From NCBI GenBank assembly GCA_039794365.1, contig JBDIVN010000009.1, positions 4,102 through 68,101 of the forward strand: a stretch of 64,000 nt of DNA, in the 5' to 3' direction. Below the pieces are notes generated by a model, which saw nothing but the letters and a program-made list of their open reading frames with translations, was not told where the DNA came from and searched no databases. Within the stretch, counting starts at the first letter, position 1; each line of letters starts with the position of its first letter. Source of the DNA: Vampirovibrionales bacterium. GTDB taxonomy: Bacteria > Cyanobacteriota > Vampirovibrionia > Vampirovibrionales > Vampirovibrionaceae. This document shows positions 9,313 through 18,467 of this stretch, piece by piece. The translations under genes were made by a program, and so were the position numbers.

Positions 9313-10137
9313 ATGGCAAAAACAGTGGATACATCCCGGAAGATCCTGCTGACCGGCAAGCTGAAGCATTATATCGACCTGAACACGGACTTCGGCCAGA
9401 CCCAGGACAAGGAGTTTTTTGCGCGGGAGGACTACCGGCTGCTGAATTACGTCAGTTCCGTCAACATCCCCTGCTGTGTCCATGACGGCAACCCCAAGGA
9501 AATCAAGGAGTTCATTGATATCGCCCGGTCCTATCACTGTGCGGTGGGGTCGCACATCGCATTTCCGGACCCTGTAAACTATGGCTATTCCCTGTTGGAT
9601 CTCGACAATGACGAGCTGGCTGCCTGGATTCAGGTGCAAATGGGCGCTTTTCAGGCCCTGGTGAAGTCCCGAAGCCTGGAAATCGAGCATGTTCGGCCTC
9701 ATGGCGCCCTCTACGGCCTTTTTCTCAATGATTTCGAGCGGGCCAAAGTCGTGGCGGAGACTCTCTTCGACTTCAACAAGTGGACCATCCTCGTGGCTCC
9801 CGCCGGTCCCATTCTGGACCGGGTGAGCGAGGAAACCGGCATCTCCACGGCGCCGGAGATATACCTGGGTAAACGGTACAGTGCCGAGGGGCTGCTGCTC
9901 AAGGAGAATTTCCACGAGAACCTGAACCCGCAGGGTGTACTGGATCAGGCCAAGCAGCTCATTAACGATTCGTCGCTGACCTCTATCGACGGCAAGACGG
10001 TGGACATGAAGTTTCGAACGCTGCACCTCAGTCCCCGGCTTGACGGGGTAACCAACACCGCCGATGAACTCTACAAGCTGATTGGTCAGCCGGTTTCCCT
10101 GCCGGTGGCTGCGGTGGGGGCTTCCGGATGGCTGTAG
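9313..10137 (+). CDS. pxpA: LamB/YcsF family 5-oxoprolinase subunit A
   Basis: N-terminal IDLNTDFGQ (cf. IDLNADLGE) and overall LamB/YcsF length and pattern. Confidence 0.7.
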   Translation: MAKTVDTSRKILLTGKLKHYIDLNTDFGQTQDKEFFAREDYRLLNYVSSVNIPCCVHDGNPKEIKEFIDIARSYHCAVGSHIAFPDPVNYGYSLLDLDNDELAAWIQVQMGAFQALVKSRSLEIEHVRPHGALYGLFLNDFERAKVVAETLFDFNKWTILVAPAGPILDRVSEETGISTAPEIYLGKRYSAEGLLLKENFHENLNPQGVLDQAKQLINDSSLTSIDGKTVDMKFRTLHLSPRLDGVTNTADELYKLIGQPVSLPVAAVGASGWL

Positions 10138-11069
10138 CCCAGGATGTGTGCCATTTTCTGATTATCGGCCCTTCCGGCGCCGGAATGACTACGGCGCTGG
10201 ACAACTTCAGCGACCTGGGCTTCATGCAGGTGGGTGACGTGCCTCCCTCCCAGTGGCAGGATATTTTCAGCACCCTCGGCCCGAAAAACCCCCGCATTGC
10301 CTTTACGCTTCAACTGACCCCGGACGAGGCGGACGCCTTCGAATCCCTGGTGGAGGCCCTGCCCCGCCTCAAGGAGGAGCATCCCGGCCTCAACGTACTG
10401 GTGCTGGATGCGCCGGAGGACGTGCTGATCCAGCGCTACCTGCATACGGGCAAACCGCATCCCTTCTCAGGCCCCCAGGGACTGGAAGCCGGCATTGCCA
10501 CCCAAAAAAGACTGGCGGCCAGGGCCAGGGACCTCAAGGCAGGCTTTCCCAACGGCTACTATTCCATCGATACCAGCACCCATTCGGCGGAAGAGCTTCG
10601 GGCCAAGATCGCAAAGATTCTGGGTATTGATGTCCAGCTCAGCCCCATGACCGTTACCATCACCTCATTCGGTTTCAAGTACGGGGTTCCGCGGGATGCC
10701 GAACTGGTGTTCGACATGCGGTTCCTGAAAAATCCCTATTACGTGGACGAGTTGCGTCCGCAGACGGGGATGGACCAGCCGGTGCGGGACTATCTGTTCT
10801 CTGAGCCGGACACCGAAAATTTCGTCTCCCAATGGACCGCCCTGGTCGGCATGCTGGCCCCTCTTTACCACAGAAGCGGCAAGCTCCGCCTGTCCATCGC
10901 GGTTGGCTGCACGGGCGGCCAGCACCGGTCGGTATGCATGGCTCAACTACTGGCGGATTACCTGAGGGAACAGTATCCCGGTTATAATGTCAATATCGTG
11001 CATCGTGAAAAAGAGCATTGGCCGGTTGCCGGTTCCCCAAAAGAGGCCGGAAAGCGTCAATACACCTGA
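10128..11069 (+). CDS. rapZ: RNase adapter protein RapZ (YhbJ)
   Basis: Walker A IIGPSGAGMTT at the N-terminus and the conserved C-terminal GCTGGQHRSV motif. Confidence 0.85.
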   Translation: MAVAQDVCHFLIIGPSGAGMTTALDNFSDLGFMQVGDVPPSQWQDIFSTLGPKNPRIAFTLQLTPDEADAFESLVEALPRLKEEHPGLNVLVLDAPEDVLIQRYLHTGKPHPFSGPQGLEAGIATQKRLAARARDLKAGFPNGYYSIDTSTHSAEELRAKIAKILGIDVQLSPMTVTITSFGFKYGVPRDAELVFDMRFLKNPYYVDELRPQTGMDQPVRDYLFSEPDTENFVSQWTALVGMLAPLYHRSGKLRLSIAVGCTGGQHRSVCMAQLLADYLREQYPGYNVNIVHREKEHWPVAGSPKEAGKRQYT

Positions 11070-11109
11070 AACCTGTCATGAAGACGTGGAGAAAGACAAG
11101 CAACGCCCC

Positions 11110-12516
11110 ATGCAATTGAAGAAATATACGCGTAACGCCACGTGGCTGCTTCCCGGCCTGTCCATCAAGCGCTGGATCGGCATTGCCATCATCGGCCTGT
11201 TTCTGACGGGCCTGGGACTGGCCCTGGTGTTCAATCTGCAGCCGGTTACCCTGCTGATTCGCTCTCTTCAGTCCCTGGCCCTGGTGATTCCCTCCAACTA
11301 CAGCGGCCCCGTTGTCCTGCTTGTGGGGATGCTGATGCTCTACTTCGGCACCAAGCATACGTATAACACCTTCCAGATGGCCATGGGCACCGGCGACGTC
11401 TCGCTGCTGGAAGCCCTCTACCGCCGGCACAAGCTGGCCCACGGTCCACGAATCGTGGCTATTGGCGGCGGTACCGGCCTGTCTACCCTGCTTCGGGGCA
11501 TCAAGCATTACACCAGCAACATTACCGCCGTGGTCACCGTGGGCGACGACGGTGGCAGTTCCGGGCGCCTGCGCAAGGAGCAGGGTATCATCCCGCCCGG
11601 CGATATCCGCAACTGCATTGCCGCCCTGGCGGACGAGGAACAGCTCATCACCGAACTGTTCCAATACCGTTTTTCCATGGGGCAGGGGCTGGAGGGCCAC
11701 AGTTTCGGCAACCTGTTTCTCACGGCCCTGTGCCGGATTACCGGCGACATGATGTCCGCCATTAAAGAATCCTCCAAGGTCCTCAACATCCGGGGCCGGG
11801 TGCTGCCCTCCACCCTGGACAACGTGGCCCTGGCCGCCGAGATGGAGGACGGCACCATCGTCCACGGCGAATCGGAGATTCCCAGGGCGCACGGACGCAT
11901 CAAGCGGCTTTTCTGCACGCCGGAGCGCCCTCTTCCGCTGGACGACGTGCTGAAGGCCATTGCGGAAGCGGAGTTGATCATCCTGGGGCCGGGTAGCCTC
12001 TATACCAGCGTCATTCCCAACCTGCTCATCGAGGAAATCGCGGAGGCTGTGGCCAAGAGCAAGGCGCCCAAGGCCTACATCGCCAACATCATGACCCAGC
12101 CGGGCGAGACGGATGATTTTTCCGTGGCCGATCACGTCCGGGCCATCCAGACCCATGCCCGGCGCGATGACGTGGTGGACGCCGTATTCGTCAACAGCTG
12201 GCTGCCGGACGTGCTTGTACGCAAGTACATGGAGTCCAATTATCGTCCTGTTCCGCTGGATACGGAGCAATGCCGCGAAATCGGGGTGGAGGTCGTCCAG
12301 AAACTGCTGGTGGACGAGCATGAGCAGAAGTCCATCCGCCATAACCCCAAACGGCTGGCCCGCGCCATTGTCAAGTGGTTCAAGCGCCGGTCCCGTCAAA
12401 AAACCGATCTGAAGCAGCGGGACGGGGAGCAGAAAAACGTGGTGTCTTTCGAAGGCGACGAGGAGTCCGTCGGCGAAGCGCGTGAGATATCCACCCACGG
12501 CGCCGCCAAGGGCTAG
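11110..12516 (+). CDS. yvcK: YvcK/CofD-like gluconeogenesis factor (UPF0052) with N-terminal 2-TM extension
   Basis: IVAIGGGTGLSTLLRGIKHYT...TAVVTVGDDGGSSGRLR is the UPF0052/YvcK signature. This is the conserved rapZ-yvcK pairing. The start was chosen at the first ATG after the rapZ stop (MQLKK). Confidence 0.75.
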   Translation: MQLKKYTRNATWLLPGLSIKRWIGIAIIGLFLTGLGLALVFNLQPVTLLIRSLQSLALVIPSNYSGPVVLLVGMLMLYFGTKHTYNTFQMAMGTGDVSLLEALYRRHKLAHGPRIVAIGGGTGLSTLLRGIKHYTSNITAVVTVGDDGGSSGRLRKEQGIIPPGDIRNCIAALADEEQLITELFQYRFSMGQGLEGHSFGNLFLTALCRITGDMMSAIKESSKVLNIRGRVLPSTLDNVALAAEMEDGTIVHGESEIPRAHGRIKRLFCTPERPLPLDDVLKAIAEAELIILGPGSLYTSVIPNLLIEEIAEAVAKSKAPKAYIANIMTQPGETDDFSVADHVRAIQTHARRDDVVDAVFVNSWLPDVLVRKYMESNYRPVPLDTEQCREIGVEVVQKLLVDEHEQKSIRHNPKRLARAIVKWFKRRSRQKTDLKQRDGEQKNVVSFEGDEESVGEAREISTHGAAKG

Positions 12517-12716
12517 GGCCAATCGACATTTAATCCGAGTGAGAAACGCCCTGTCATTCCGGACGCCGATAGCCCTTGAACAAGGGATATAGGTGAGCCG
12601 GAATCCATTGATCGGAAAAACCGGAATGGATTCCCCGTTGGAGCTTATTCCTGCGAAGGCAGGGGGGACGGGAATGATGGCAAATGTTTCAGGTTTAAAT
12701 GTCGATTCAACCTAGG
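12513..12716. mobile_element. MITE-like repeat, copy A (~204 bp, imperfect ~25-bp TIRs, CTAG flanks)
   Basis: Near-identical in reverse orientation to 14716-14887. The ends are CTAGG..AATCGACATTTAA / TTAAATGTCGATT..CCTAG, and the core is an extensively self-complementary internal hairpin. Confidence 0.7.
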
Positions 12717-12760
12717 GCCCATCGACAGAAACCACCCCATTCGGCCAGTCTGTTTCCCGA

Positions 12761-12789
12761 TTGAAATTTCCCTTCCCGCCACATACAAT
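12761..12789 (+). promoter_or_regulatory. sigma70-like promoter for panBC (TTGAAA-17 nt-TACAAT)
   Basis: Near-consensus -35 and -10 hexamers with 17-nt spacing, ~50 nt upstream of the panB ATG. Confidence 0.5.
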
Positions 12790-12840
12790 GCTTAGGGAAC
12801 CTTGCATTGAATCCGCTTTTCACAGCATCGGGGGTGCAGA

Positions 12841-13758
12841 ATGTCGGTCGTCGTCAAGAACAAGCCCGTTACCATCCAGACGTTTCAGAAGAAGAAGCGC
12901 AAAGGCGAGAAAATCATCTCGCTGACGGCGTATGACTACACCACCGCCCGTCTGCTGGATGACGCCGGGGTGGATTTCCTTCTGGTCGGCGATTCGCTGG
13001 CCATGACGATGCTGGGTCATCCCAACACCCTCAGCGTCACCGTGGACGAGATGCTGCACCACGTTAAAGCCGTTGTTCGCGGCACCAAGCGGGCGCTGGT
13101 GGTGGCGGACATGCCTTTTATGAGTTACACGACGGATCATGCCGAAGCCGTCCGCAACGCGGGCCGGTTCCTACAGGAGGGCCAGTGCGCCGCCGTCAAG
13201 CTGGAAGGCGCTCATCCCCAGATTATCTCCCTCGTTGAGCACCTGACCCGGGTCGGCATCCCGGTGATGGGCCATCTCGGCTTCACGCCCCAGTCCGTCA
13301 ACACGATGGGCGGGTTCAAGGTCCAGGGCAAGACCCTGTCGGACGCCCGGCAGATTTTTGAGGATGCCCGGCGCCTTGAAGAGGCGGGCGCTTTTGCCGT
13401 GGTCCTGGAAATGGTCCCGGTGGAAGTGGCCGAACTGATCACGAAGGAACTCGACATTCCCACCATCGGCATCGGCTCCGGCAACGTCTGCGACGGCCAG
13501 ATTCTTGTGGTGGACGACATGCTGGGCCGCTACCCGGATCTTTCTCCCAAGTTCGTGCGCAGGTACATGGAGTCCGACGAACTGATCCGCGATGCCGTGC
13601 AGCGGTACCGGCAGGACATCCAGTCCGGTGGCTTCCCCAACAACACGGACGAGGCCTTTCACTTCCCCGCCGACCTGCTGGGCGAGCTGAAAGCCAGCCT
13701 CGGCAACAGGCCCCCCGCCGTTGATGGCCAGGAGCGGGCTTTCCTGCGGGTGATTTAA
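12841..13758 (+). CDS. panB: 3-methyl-2-oxobutanoate hydroxymethyltransferase
   Basis: Strong PanB pattern (LTAYDY, VGDSLAMTMLGH, MPFMSY, IGIGSG) with a ~40-aa C-terminal extension. Confidence 0.9.
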   Translation: MSVVVKNKPVTIQTFQKKKRKGEKIISLTAYDYTTARLLDDAGVDFLLVGDSLAMTMLGHPNTLSVTVDEMLHHVKAVVRGTKRALVVADMPFMSYTTDHAEAVRNAGRFLQEGQCAAVKLEGAHPQIISLVEHLTRVGIPVMGHLGFTPQSVNTMGGFKVQGKTLSDARQIFEDARRLEEAGAFAVVLEMVPVEVAELITKELDIPTIGIGSGNVCDGQILVVDDMLGRYPDLSPKFVRRYMESDELIRDAVQRYRQDIQSGGFPNNTDEAFHFPADLLGELKASLGNRPPAVDGQERAFLRVI

Positions 13759-13782
13759 CCCCGACATTTATCGGAGCCTCTC

Positions 13783-14682
13783 ATGAAACTGCTCAAAACG
13801 ATTGATGACTGCCGCAGCTTCCGGCGAGAGATGGCTGGAAAGCGTTTGGCGCTGGTCCCAACGATGGGTGCGCTTCATGACGCTCACATGGCGCTGGTCC
13901 GGCTGGCTCGCCGCCATGCGGATATCGTGGTGGTCAGCATTTTTGTCAACCCGCTCCAGTTTGGCCCCCACGAGGATTACCAGCGCTACCCGCGTCCGTT
14001 GGAGGCGGATCTGGCAATATGCGAGGAAACCGGTGTGGACGCCGTGTTTGCCCCCGGCGTGGAAACGATGTACCCCGGCGGACAGGAGCGCCTGACCCGC
14101 GTCGTCCCGCCGTCGGATCTGACCGAATCCCTCTGCGGGCTGGCCCGGCCCGGTCACTTTACGGGGGTGGCCACGGTGGTGCTGAAGCTTTTCAATATCG
14201 TTCAGCCGGATGCCGCCGTTTTCGGGGAGAAAGACGCCCAGCAGTTTGCCATTCTCCGGCGGATGGTGCAGGACCTGAACGTCCCGGTGGAAACCATCGG
14301 TCATCCCACGGTACGCGAGGAAAGCGGCCTGGCCATCAGCTCGCGCAACAGTTACCTTGCTTCGGGAGAAGACCGCGAGGCCGCGCTCTTTCCGTCCCTG
14401 CTGCTGCGGCACATCTGTCAAATGGCCCTTGACGGAAACCGCGACAAGGCCCATGTTTTCAAGTCCGCCATCGCCGCGGCAAGAGACAGCATTCCTTGCA
14501 ATCCGGAGAAATTCACCCTCGAATACCTGGAAGCGGTGGATCGGGAAACCTTTGAGCCGATGACAACCCTTGAGCCGGGCCGCGCAAAAATACTCATTGC
14601 GGGCCGGGTGGGGAGCGTCCGCCTGATTGACAACATGGATCTCGATCCGTGCGAGGCGGGGGTTAAGGCTTCGGTCTATTGA
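13783..14682 (+). CDS. panC: pantoate--beta-alanine ligase
   Basis: VPTMGALHDAHMALV (HIGH-class motif), FVNPLQF and GHFTGVATVV match PanC. Confidence 0.9.
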   Translation: MKLLKTIDDCRSFRREMAGKRLALVPTMGALHDAHMALVRLARRHADIVVVSIFVNPLQFGPHEDYQRYPRPLEADLAICEETGVDAVFAPGVETMYPGGQERLTRVVPPSDLTESLCGLARPGHFTGVATVVLKLFNIVQPDAAVFGEKDAQQFAILRRMVQDLNVPVETIGHPTVREESGLAISSRNSYLASGEDREAALFPSLLLRHICQMALDGNRDKAHVFKSAIAAARDSIPCNPEKFTLEYLEAVDRETFEPMTTLEPGRAKILIAGRVGSVRLIDNMDLDPCEAGVKASVY

Positions 14683-14715
14683 TTGCCGGTGGGCATTGTT
14701 CCTCACTGACCTGAA

Positions 14716-14887
14716 CTAGGTAGAATCGACATTTAAACCTGAAACATTTGCCGTCATCCCCGCTGGAATTTATTTTGGGTTCTTCCGGTCAATGGATTCC
14801 GGCTCACCCATATCCCTTGTTCAAGGGCTATCGGCGTCCGGAATGACAGGGCGCTTCTCACTCGGATTAAATGTCGATTCTACCTAG
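14716..14887. mobile_element. MITE-like repeat, copy B (~172 bp), inverted relative to copy A
   Basis: The reverse complement aligns almost base-for-base with 12513-12716 apart from a ~30-bp internal indel. The TIRs and CTAG flanks are the same. Confidence 0.7.
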
Positions 14888-15129
14888 TAGGTTGCGTAGC
14901 GATCGCCGTGGTATTTTTCGATGTCCGCCTCACGGGTGCGGTGGTAGACATCCTGGCTTTTCTTTTTCTGCTGCTCCTTGTGCTGGCGCCGGACGGCTAC
15001 GCCTTGGCTCTGGCGAAAAGTGCTTTCGTACTTCGGCGTGTTGTTCCATGTTTCATAGGCCCAGAACATAATGCCGGTCATGATGGCCAGTGAAAACAGG
15101 ACAAAAAAGATTGTGGAGAGTTCTCTCAT
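14884..15129 (-). CDS. small single-TM protein, paralog 1 (ends ...YHGDRYATY)
   Basis: N-terminal TM helix, then a basic tail. It is a paralog of 15239-15466. Its stop codon lies inside the MITE terminal repeat. Confidence 0.45.
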   Translation of the reverse strand: MRELSTIFFVLFSLAIMTGIMFWAYETWNNTPKYESTFRQSQGVAVRRQHKEQQKKKSQDVYHRTREADIEKYHGDRYATY

Positions 15130-15238
15130 CGGCTAAACCCGCTCCGTGTCACGCCACTTCCATTATAGAGCATTCCTGTATACGCATCAGCCCCGTTCGG
15201 GGTTTCTTCGGGGCAGGCAAGTCTTTCGGGTTCCGGTT

Positions 15239-15466
15239 CTAATAGGTTGAATACCGGTTGCCCCGATATTTCCGGATTTCCGATTCCCGCGAGCCATGGT
15301 AGTGATCCCCCTGTCCCCGTTTTGCCGTATCCCCGTGAACGTATTTCTTCTCGAAGGTTCGCTGGTATTTTTCCGGGGTGTCGGACTTGCCGTAAACCCA
15401 GAAAAGCATGCCGACTGCCGTTGCCATTACGGCAAGAACAATCCAGACTTTGACGGAACTGCTCAT
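15239..15466 (-). CDS. small single-TM protein, paralog 2 (ends ...YRGNRYSTY)
   Basis: Same architecture and C-terminal RY(A/S)TY motif as its neighbour. The start is taken at the MSSSVKVW Met, which has a GAGAAGG RBS. Confidence 0.45.
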   Translation of the reverse strand: MSSSVKVWIVLAVMATAVGMLFWVYGKSDTPEKYQRTFEKKYVHGDTAKRGQGDHYHGSRESEIRKYRGNRYSTY

Positions 15467-15577
15467 TTCGCCTTCTCTAACCCTGGTTTCCCTTCGCGAC
15501 GGCATGCCGGACCCGTCGTCATCCATAAGATCAGTTTACACGATTTTGTCCCGTACCGCAGCCCCCTGCTTTACAAT

Positions 15578-16273
15578 CTAGGATCGGATTTCCGTGCGGG
15601 CGCCGGCCTTGTTGAGGAGGGCGGCGGTTTCCTCGGCCTGTTCACGGGTCCAGCAGAGGCGGACGGTGGCGGGGGTGGCGTCGATCAGATCCTTGGCGTC
15701 CTTCAGGCCGTATCCGGTGATTTCCCGGACGGCCTTGATCACCATGATGTGGTTTCTGCCCGGGTCAACCAAAACCACTTCGAACTGACCCGTTTCCGGG
15801 ATGCCCACCTTGGCCCCTCCGGTCATCGGCTGGATTTCTCCGCGGGCGCCGGTGGCCTCGATCTCTCCCAGCAGAGCTTGTGCTTCCGGGAGCGAAATGC
15901 CAGAAACCACCGGTATCGGTGCATGTTCGGTAAGATCCTTGGCGTCGGCCAGCCCCAGCCCCGTGAATTCCCGGATAACCTTGATCAGGGCAATTTTATT
16001 GGGGCCGCCGTCGGTCAGCAGCACCCGATAGCTTCCACCGTCCGGCTCCTGTGCAGGAGTTCCGGCCTGAGGAGCAGGGGTGGTTTGGCCAGGGGCCTGC
16101 TCATGCCGATCCGATCCGCGCTCCTGGCCGCTTCGCGGCGCCTGTTCGTTCAGCGTACCGCTTCCTCGAACCAACCGGTTTTCGTCGCCGCATCCACTGA
16201 GAAACACCAGCGAAAGGCAGGCTGCCAGGGTCAGGCAGGTGTGGGCGAAACAGGATGAAGACGATGTGCTCAT
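15578..16273 (-). CDS. lipoprotein with two tandem ribosomal L7/L12 C-terminal-like domains
   Basis: Signal peptide with lipobox LSGC. KIALIKVIREFTGLGLADAKDLTEHAP and IMVIKAVREITGYGLKDAKDLIDATP each match the L7/L12 CTD consensus ([27 protein letters not shown]). Confidence 0.6.
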   Translation of the reverse strand: MSTSSSSCFAHTCLTLAACLSLVFLSGCGDENRLVRGSGTLNEQAPRSGQERGSDRHEQAPGQTTPAPQAGTPAQEPDGGSYRVLLTDGGPNKIALIKVIREFTGLGLADAKDLTEHAPIPVVSGISLPEAQALLGEIEATGARGEIQPMTGGAKVGIPETGQFEVVLVDPGRNHIMVIKAVREITGYGLKDAKDLIDATPATVRLCWTREQAEETAALLNKAGARTEIRS

Positions 16274-17322
16274 TGTTCCATTGTAACCCTATAAATATTC
16301 GATGATTCGATCATGAGGGTGGGGTTGGCCTGGTTGACGGCCACCTGGTTGACTTTTCCGGTCACCCGGATTCTGATGGCCGGATTGATGTGCAGGTTGC
16401 GCCCGGCCTGCCGCTGATCGGCGGCAGCCTCCCACCAGCCTGCAAGCATGGCGTCGATCCGGGCCTGATCCGCCGCGTCTTCGAAGTTGAACAGGGTGAA
16501 ATACCGGCTCAGGCCATTTTCATCCACCTGTTTGACAGCCCAGATATCCCGGTTCAGGACCGGGCTGTCCGGAAACAGCACCAGCGGCCCTTCCAGGGTC
16601 ATCTCGCGTCCGTGCAGATCCCGGATGGCGTCCAGAACGGTGAGGGCATCCGGCTCGCCGGCCAGGGTCATGTGCCTCGGATGCGGGGGCCACTCCCGGA
16701 AGACCAGCCTCGCCTGGATGACATCCCCGCGCCAGAGTGTTACGGGCCGCATTGCTTCGGGAACGATAACCGGAAAGACGGCATCGGCCAGTTCCATGAC
16801 GAACAGGCCGCCCTCGCCCGCCAGCGCATGGACCAGGCCGGTGACGGTGACGGTCTTTTCCGGGGCCTTGTGATGACCGGAGAACCCTTCAGGGGTTTCC
16901 CGGCCAGGGTTGGGCGATCCCGGTTCCCAGGGCGGGCCGGGGTCCAGGGATTCCACCACGATGTGGCGCTGATCCGGGTGGGGGTCCATCAGGTATCCCC
17001 GGACGGTCACCGACTGATGCCGCTTGAGGGACCGGATTTGCGCCTCGGCCTCCGGGTTGTCGGGAACCATCGGAAAAAAGTACTGGCGGAAGAAGTCATC
17101 CGGGTGGCGCCAGGTGAAGACATAAACGCGGGTTTCGGGGTTGATGCCGTGGACGATTCCCTTCAGGCCGTTCGTTTCCAGTTCTTCCCGGATGGATTCC
17201 CAGGGAATGGCGGAAAGCTGCATCTCATGATGCCCCTTTCCCTCCGGAAAAACCGCCTGGGGAAAGCGTATTAACAGAATGCATGCAATGACGGACAGGA
17301 AGGAGAGGAACGTGATGCGCAA
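16270..17322 (-). CDS. hypothetical secreted protein
   Basis: N-terminal hydrophobic signal, no known domain. It overlaps the L7/L12-like lipoprotein gene by 4 nt, so it is likely co-transcribed with it. Confidence 0.45.
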   Translation of the reverse strand: MRITFLSFLSVIACILLIRFPQAVFPEGKGHHEMQLSAIPWESIREELETNGLKGIVHGINPETRVYVFTWRHPDDFFRQYFFPMVPDNPEAEAQIRSLKRHQSVTVRGYLMDPHPDQRHIVVESLDPGPPWEPGSPNPGRETPEGFSGHHKAPEKTVTVTGLVHALAGEGGLFVMELADAVFPVIVPEAMRPVTLWRGDVIQARLVFREWPPHPRHMTLAGEPDALTVLDAIRDLHGREMTLEGPLVLFPDSPVLNRDIWAVKQVDENGLSRYFTLFNFEDAADQARIDAMLAGWWEAAADQRQAGRNLHINPAIRIRVTGKVNQVAVNQANPTLMIESSNIYRVTMEQ

Positions 17323-17351
17323 AGTGTTTTCCCCGCTGATGTCGGCAAGCG

Positions 17352-17636
17352 CTAGTATTCTATCTCGACCCCGTGCCAGAAGGCGACATATCCGCGGATG
17401 CGGCTTGCCTCCTCTTTCGGGTCCGGGTAATACCAGGCTGCGTCCCGGTTTGTTTCTCCCCGGACGGTAATATCGTAATAGTAGGCATCCCCCTTCCAGG
17501 GACAGTGGCTTTTGGTGTGGCTTCGCTGAAAAAACTGCCGGTTCAAAGCTTCCGGTGGAAAGTAACAGGTGTCCTCAACCACTTCACACCGGTCACTTTC
17601 CGCCAGCACTTCGCCGTTCCAGACTGCTTTCGGCAT
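17352..17636 (-). CDS. DUF427 domain protein
   Basis: WNGEVLAES...YFP, CPWKGDAYYYD and AAWYYPDP...VAFW match the DUF427 pattern. Confidence 0.65.
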   Translation of the reverse strand: MPKAVWNGEVLAESDRCEVVEDTCYFPPEALNRQFFQRSHTKSHCPWKGDAYYYDITVRGETNRDAAWYYPDPKEEASRIRGYVAFWHGVEIEY

Positions 17637-17674
17637 GGCGTCTCCGTTTCAGGACTGGATAGAACCAGTCTGTA

Positions 17675-18421
17675 TTAAGGTATACAGTGGCTACCTAAAA
17701 GTAGCATTTCCAGACGATTTTGCCAAATGCCGTAGAACAGGATCATGAGGGGGACGTCGGCACCAAACCCGTGGACGATGATGGCCGGGAGCAGGCCGCC
17801 GGTTTTCTCCCGGAAGAAGCAGAAGAAAATACCCCCCAGAAAAATGGCCAGCAACAGGAAGATTTCGCCCTCGACATTGAGAAACGGTTGAATGATCAGC
17901 CAGTGCCATATGGAAAAGAGGAAGGCGTTCAGCAATATGGCCGGAACCGGTCCCATATGCCGACGAAAACCGGGGTAGATCAGTCCGCGCCAGAAATATT
18001 CCTCAATAACGGGGTTCACGAAAATGAAAAACAGGGTAAAGAACAGAAAGTCGCGGGAAGGGGCAAAGTTCAGCCGGTCCAGGAAGTCGGCGAACGCCTG
18101 GCTCTGGAAGGACTCGTGGGCAATGAGGCTCCAGCCGCCCACGATGAAAACGTTGCCTACGATAACGGAAACGATCACTGCCATGATCAGTTCCCAGTTC
18201 TCTTTCCTCGGAAGCAGCCGGGGAAACGGGCGGGCCAGCAGAAGGACCGGCAGCGAGCAGGCCATGCCGTGATAGAGCGCCAGGATCATTCCGAAATGGG
18301 GCCAGGCAAAACGGCCCAGGCTGACCCACATCCACGGCAGAAGACTCAGCCCGATGAGCAGGACAAGATGATTTGCATCCGGCTTTTCCCTGGCATTCCA
18401 GATTTCCTGGTCCTGGTCCAT
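17675..18421 (-). CDS. CPBP family intramembrane glutamic endopeptidase (CAAX protease-like)
   Basis: EEYFWRG, FSIWH and HGFGAD motifs in a polytopic membrane protein. Confidence 0.75.
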   Translation of the reverse strand: MDQDQEIWNAREKPDANHLVLLIGLSLLPWMWVSLGRFAWPHFGMILALYHGMACSLPVLLLARPFPRLLPRKENWELIMAVIVSVIVGNVFIVGGWSLIAHESFQSQAFADFLDRLNFAPSRDFLFFTLFFIFVNPVIEEYFWRGLIYPGFRRHMGPVPAILLNAFLFSIWHWLIIQPFLNVEGEIFLLLAIFLGGIFFCFFREKTGGLLPAIIVHGFGADVPLMILFYGIWQNRLEMLLLGSHCIP

Positions 18422-18467
18422 GTCACCCTGCTTTCAGGATCAAAATCAAACAGCTCTCTCTGCTATT

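Noticed and set aside
10990-12522. 510-aa minus-strand ORF
   Set aside because: Mirror image of yvcK, which is in the conserved rapZ-yvcK context. Its composition is Gly/Arg/Ala-rich, typical of antisense GC-rich ORFs.
13768-14706. 312-aa minus-strand ORF
   Set aside because: Antisense to panC.
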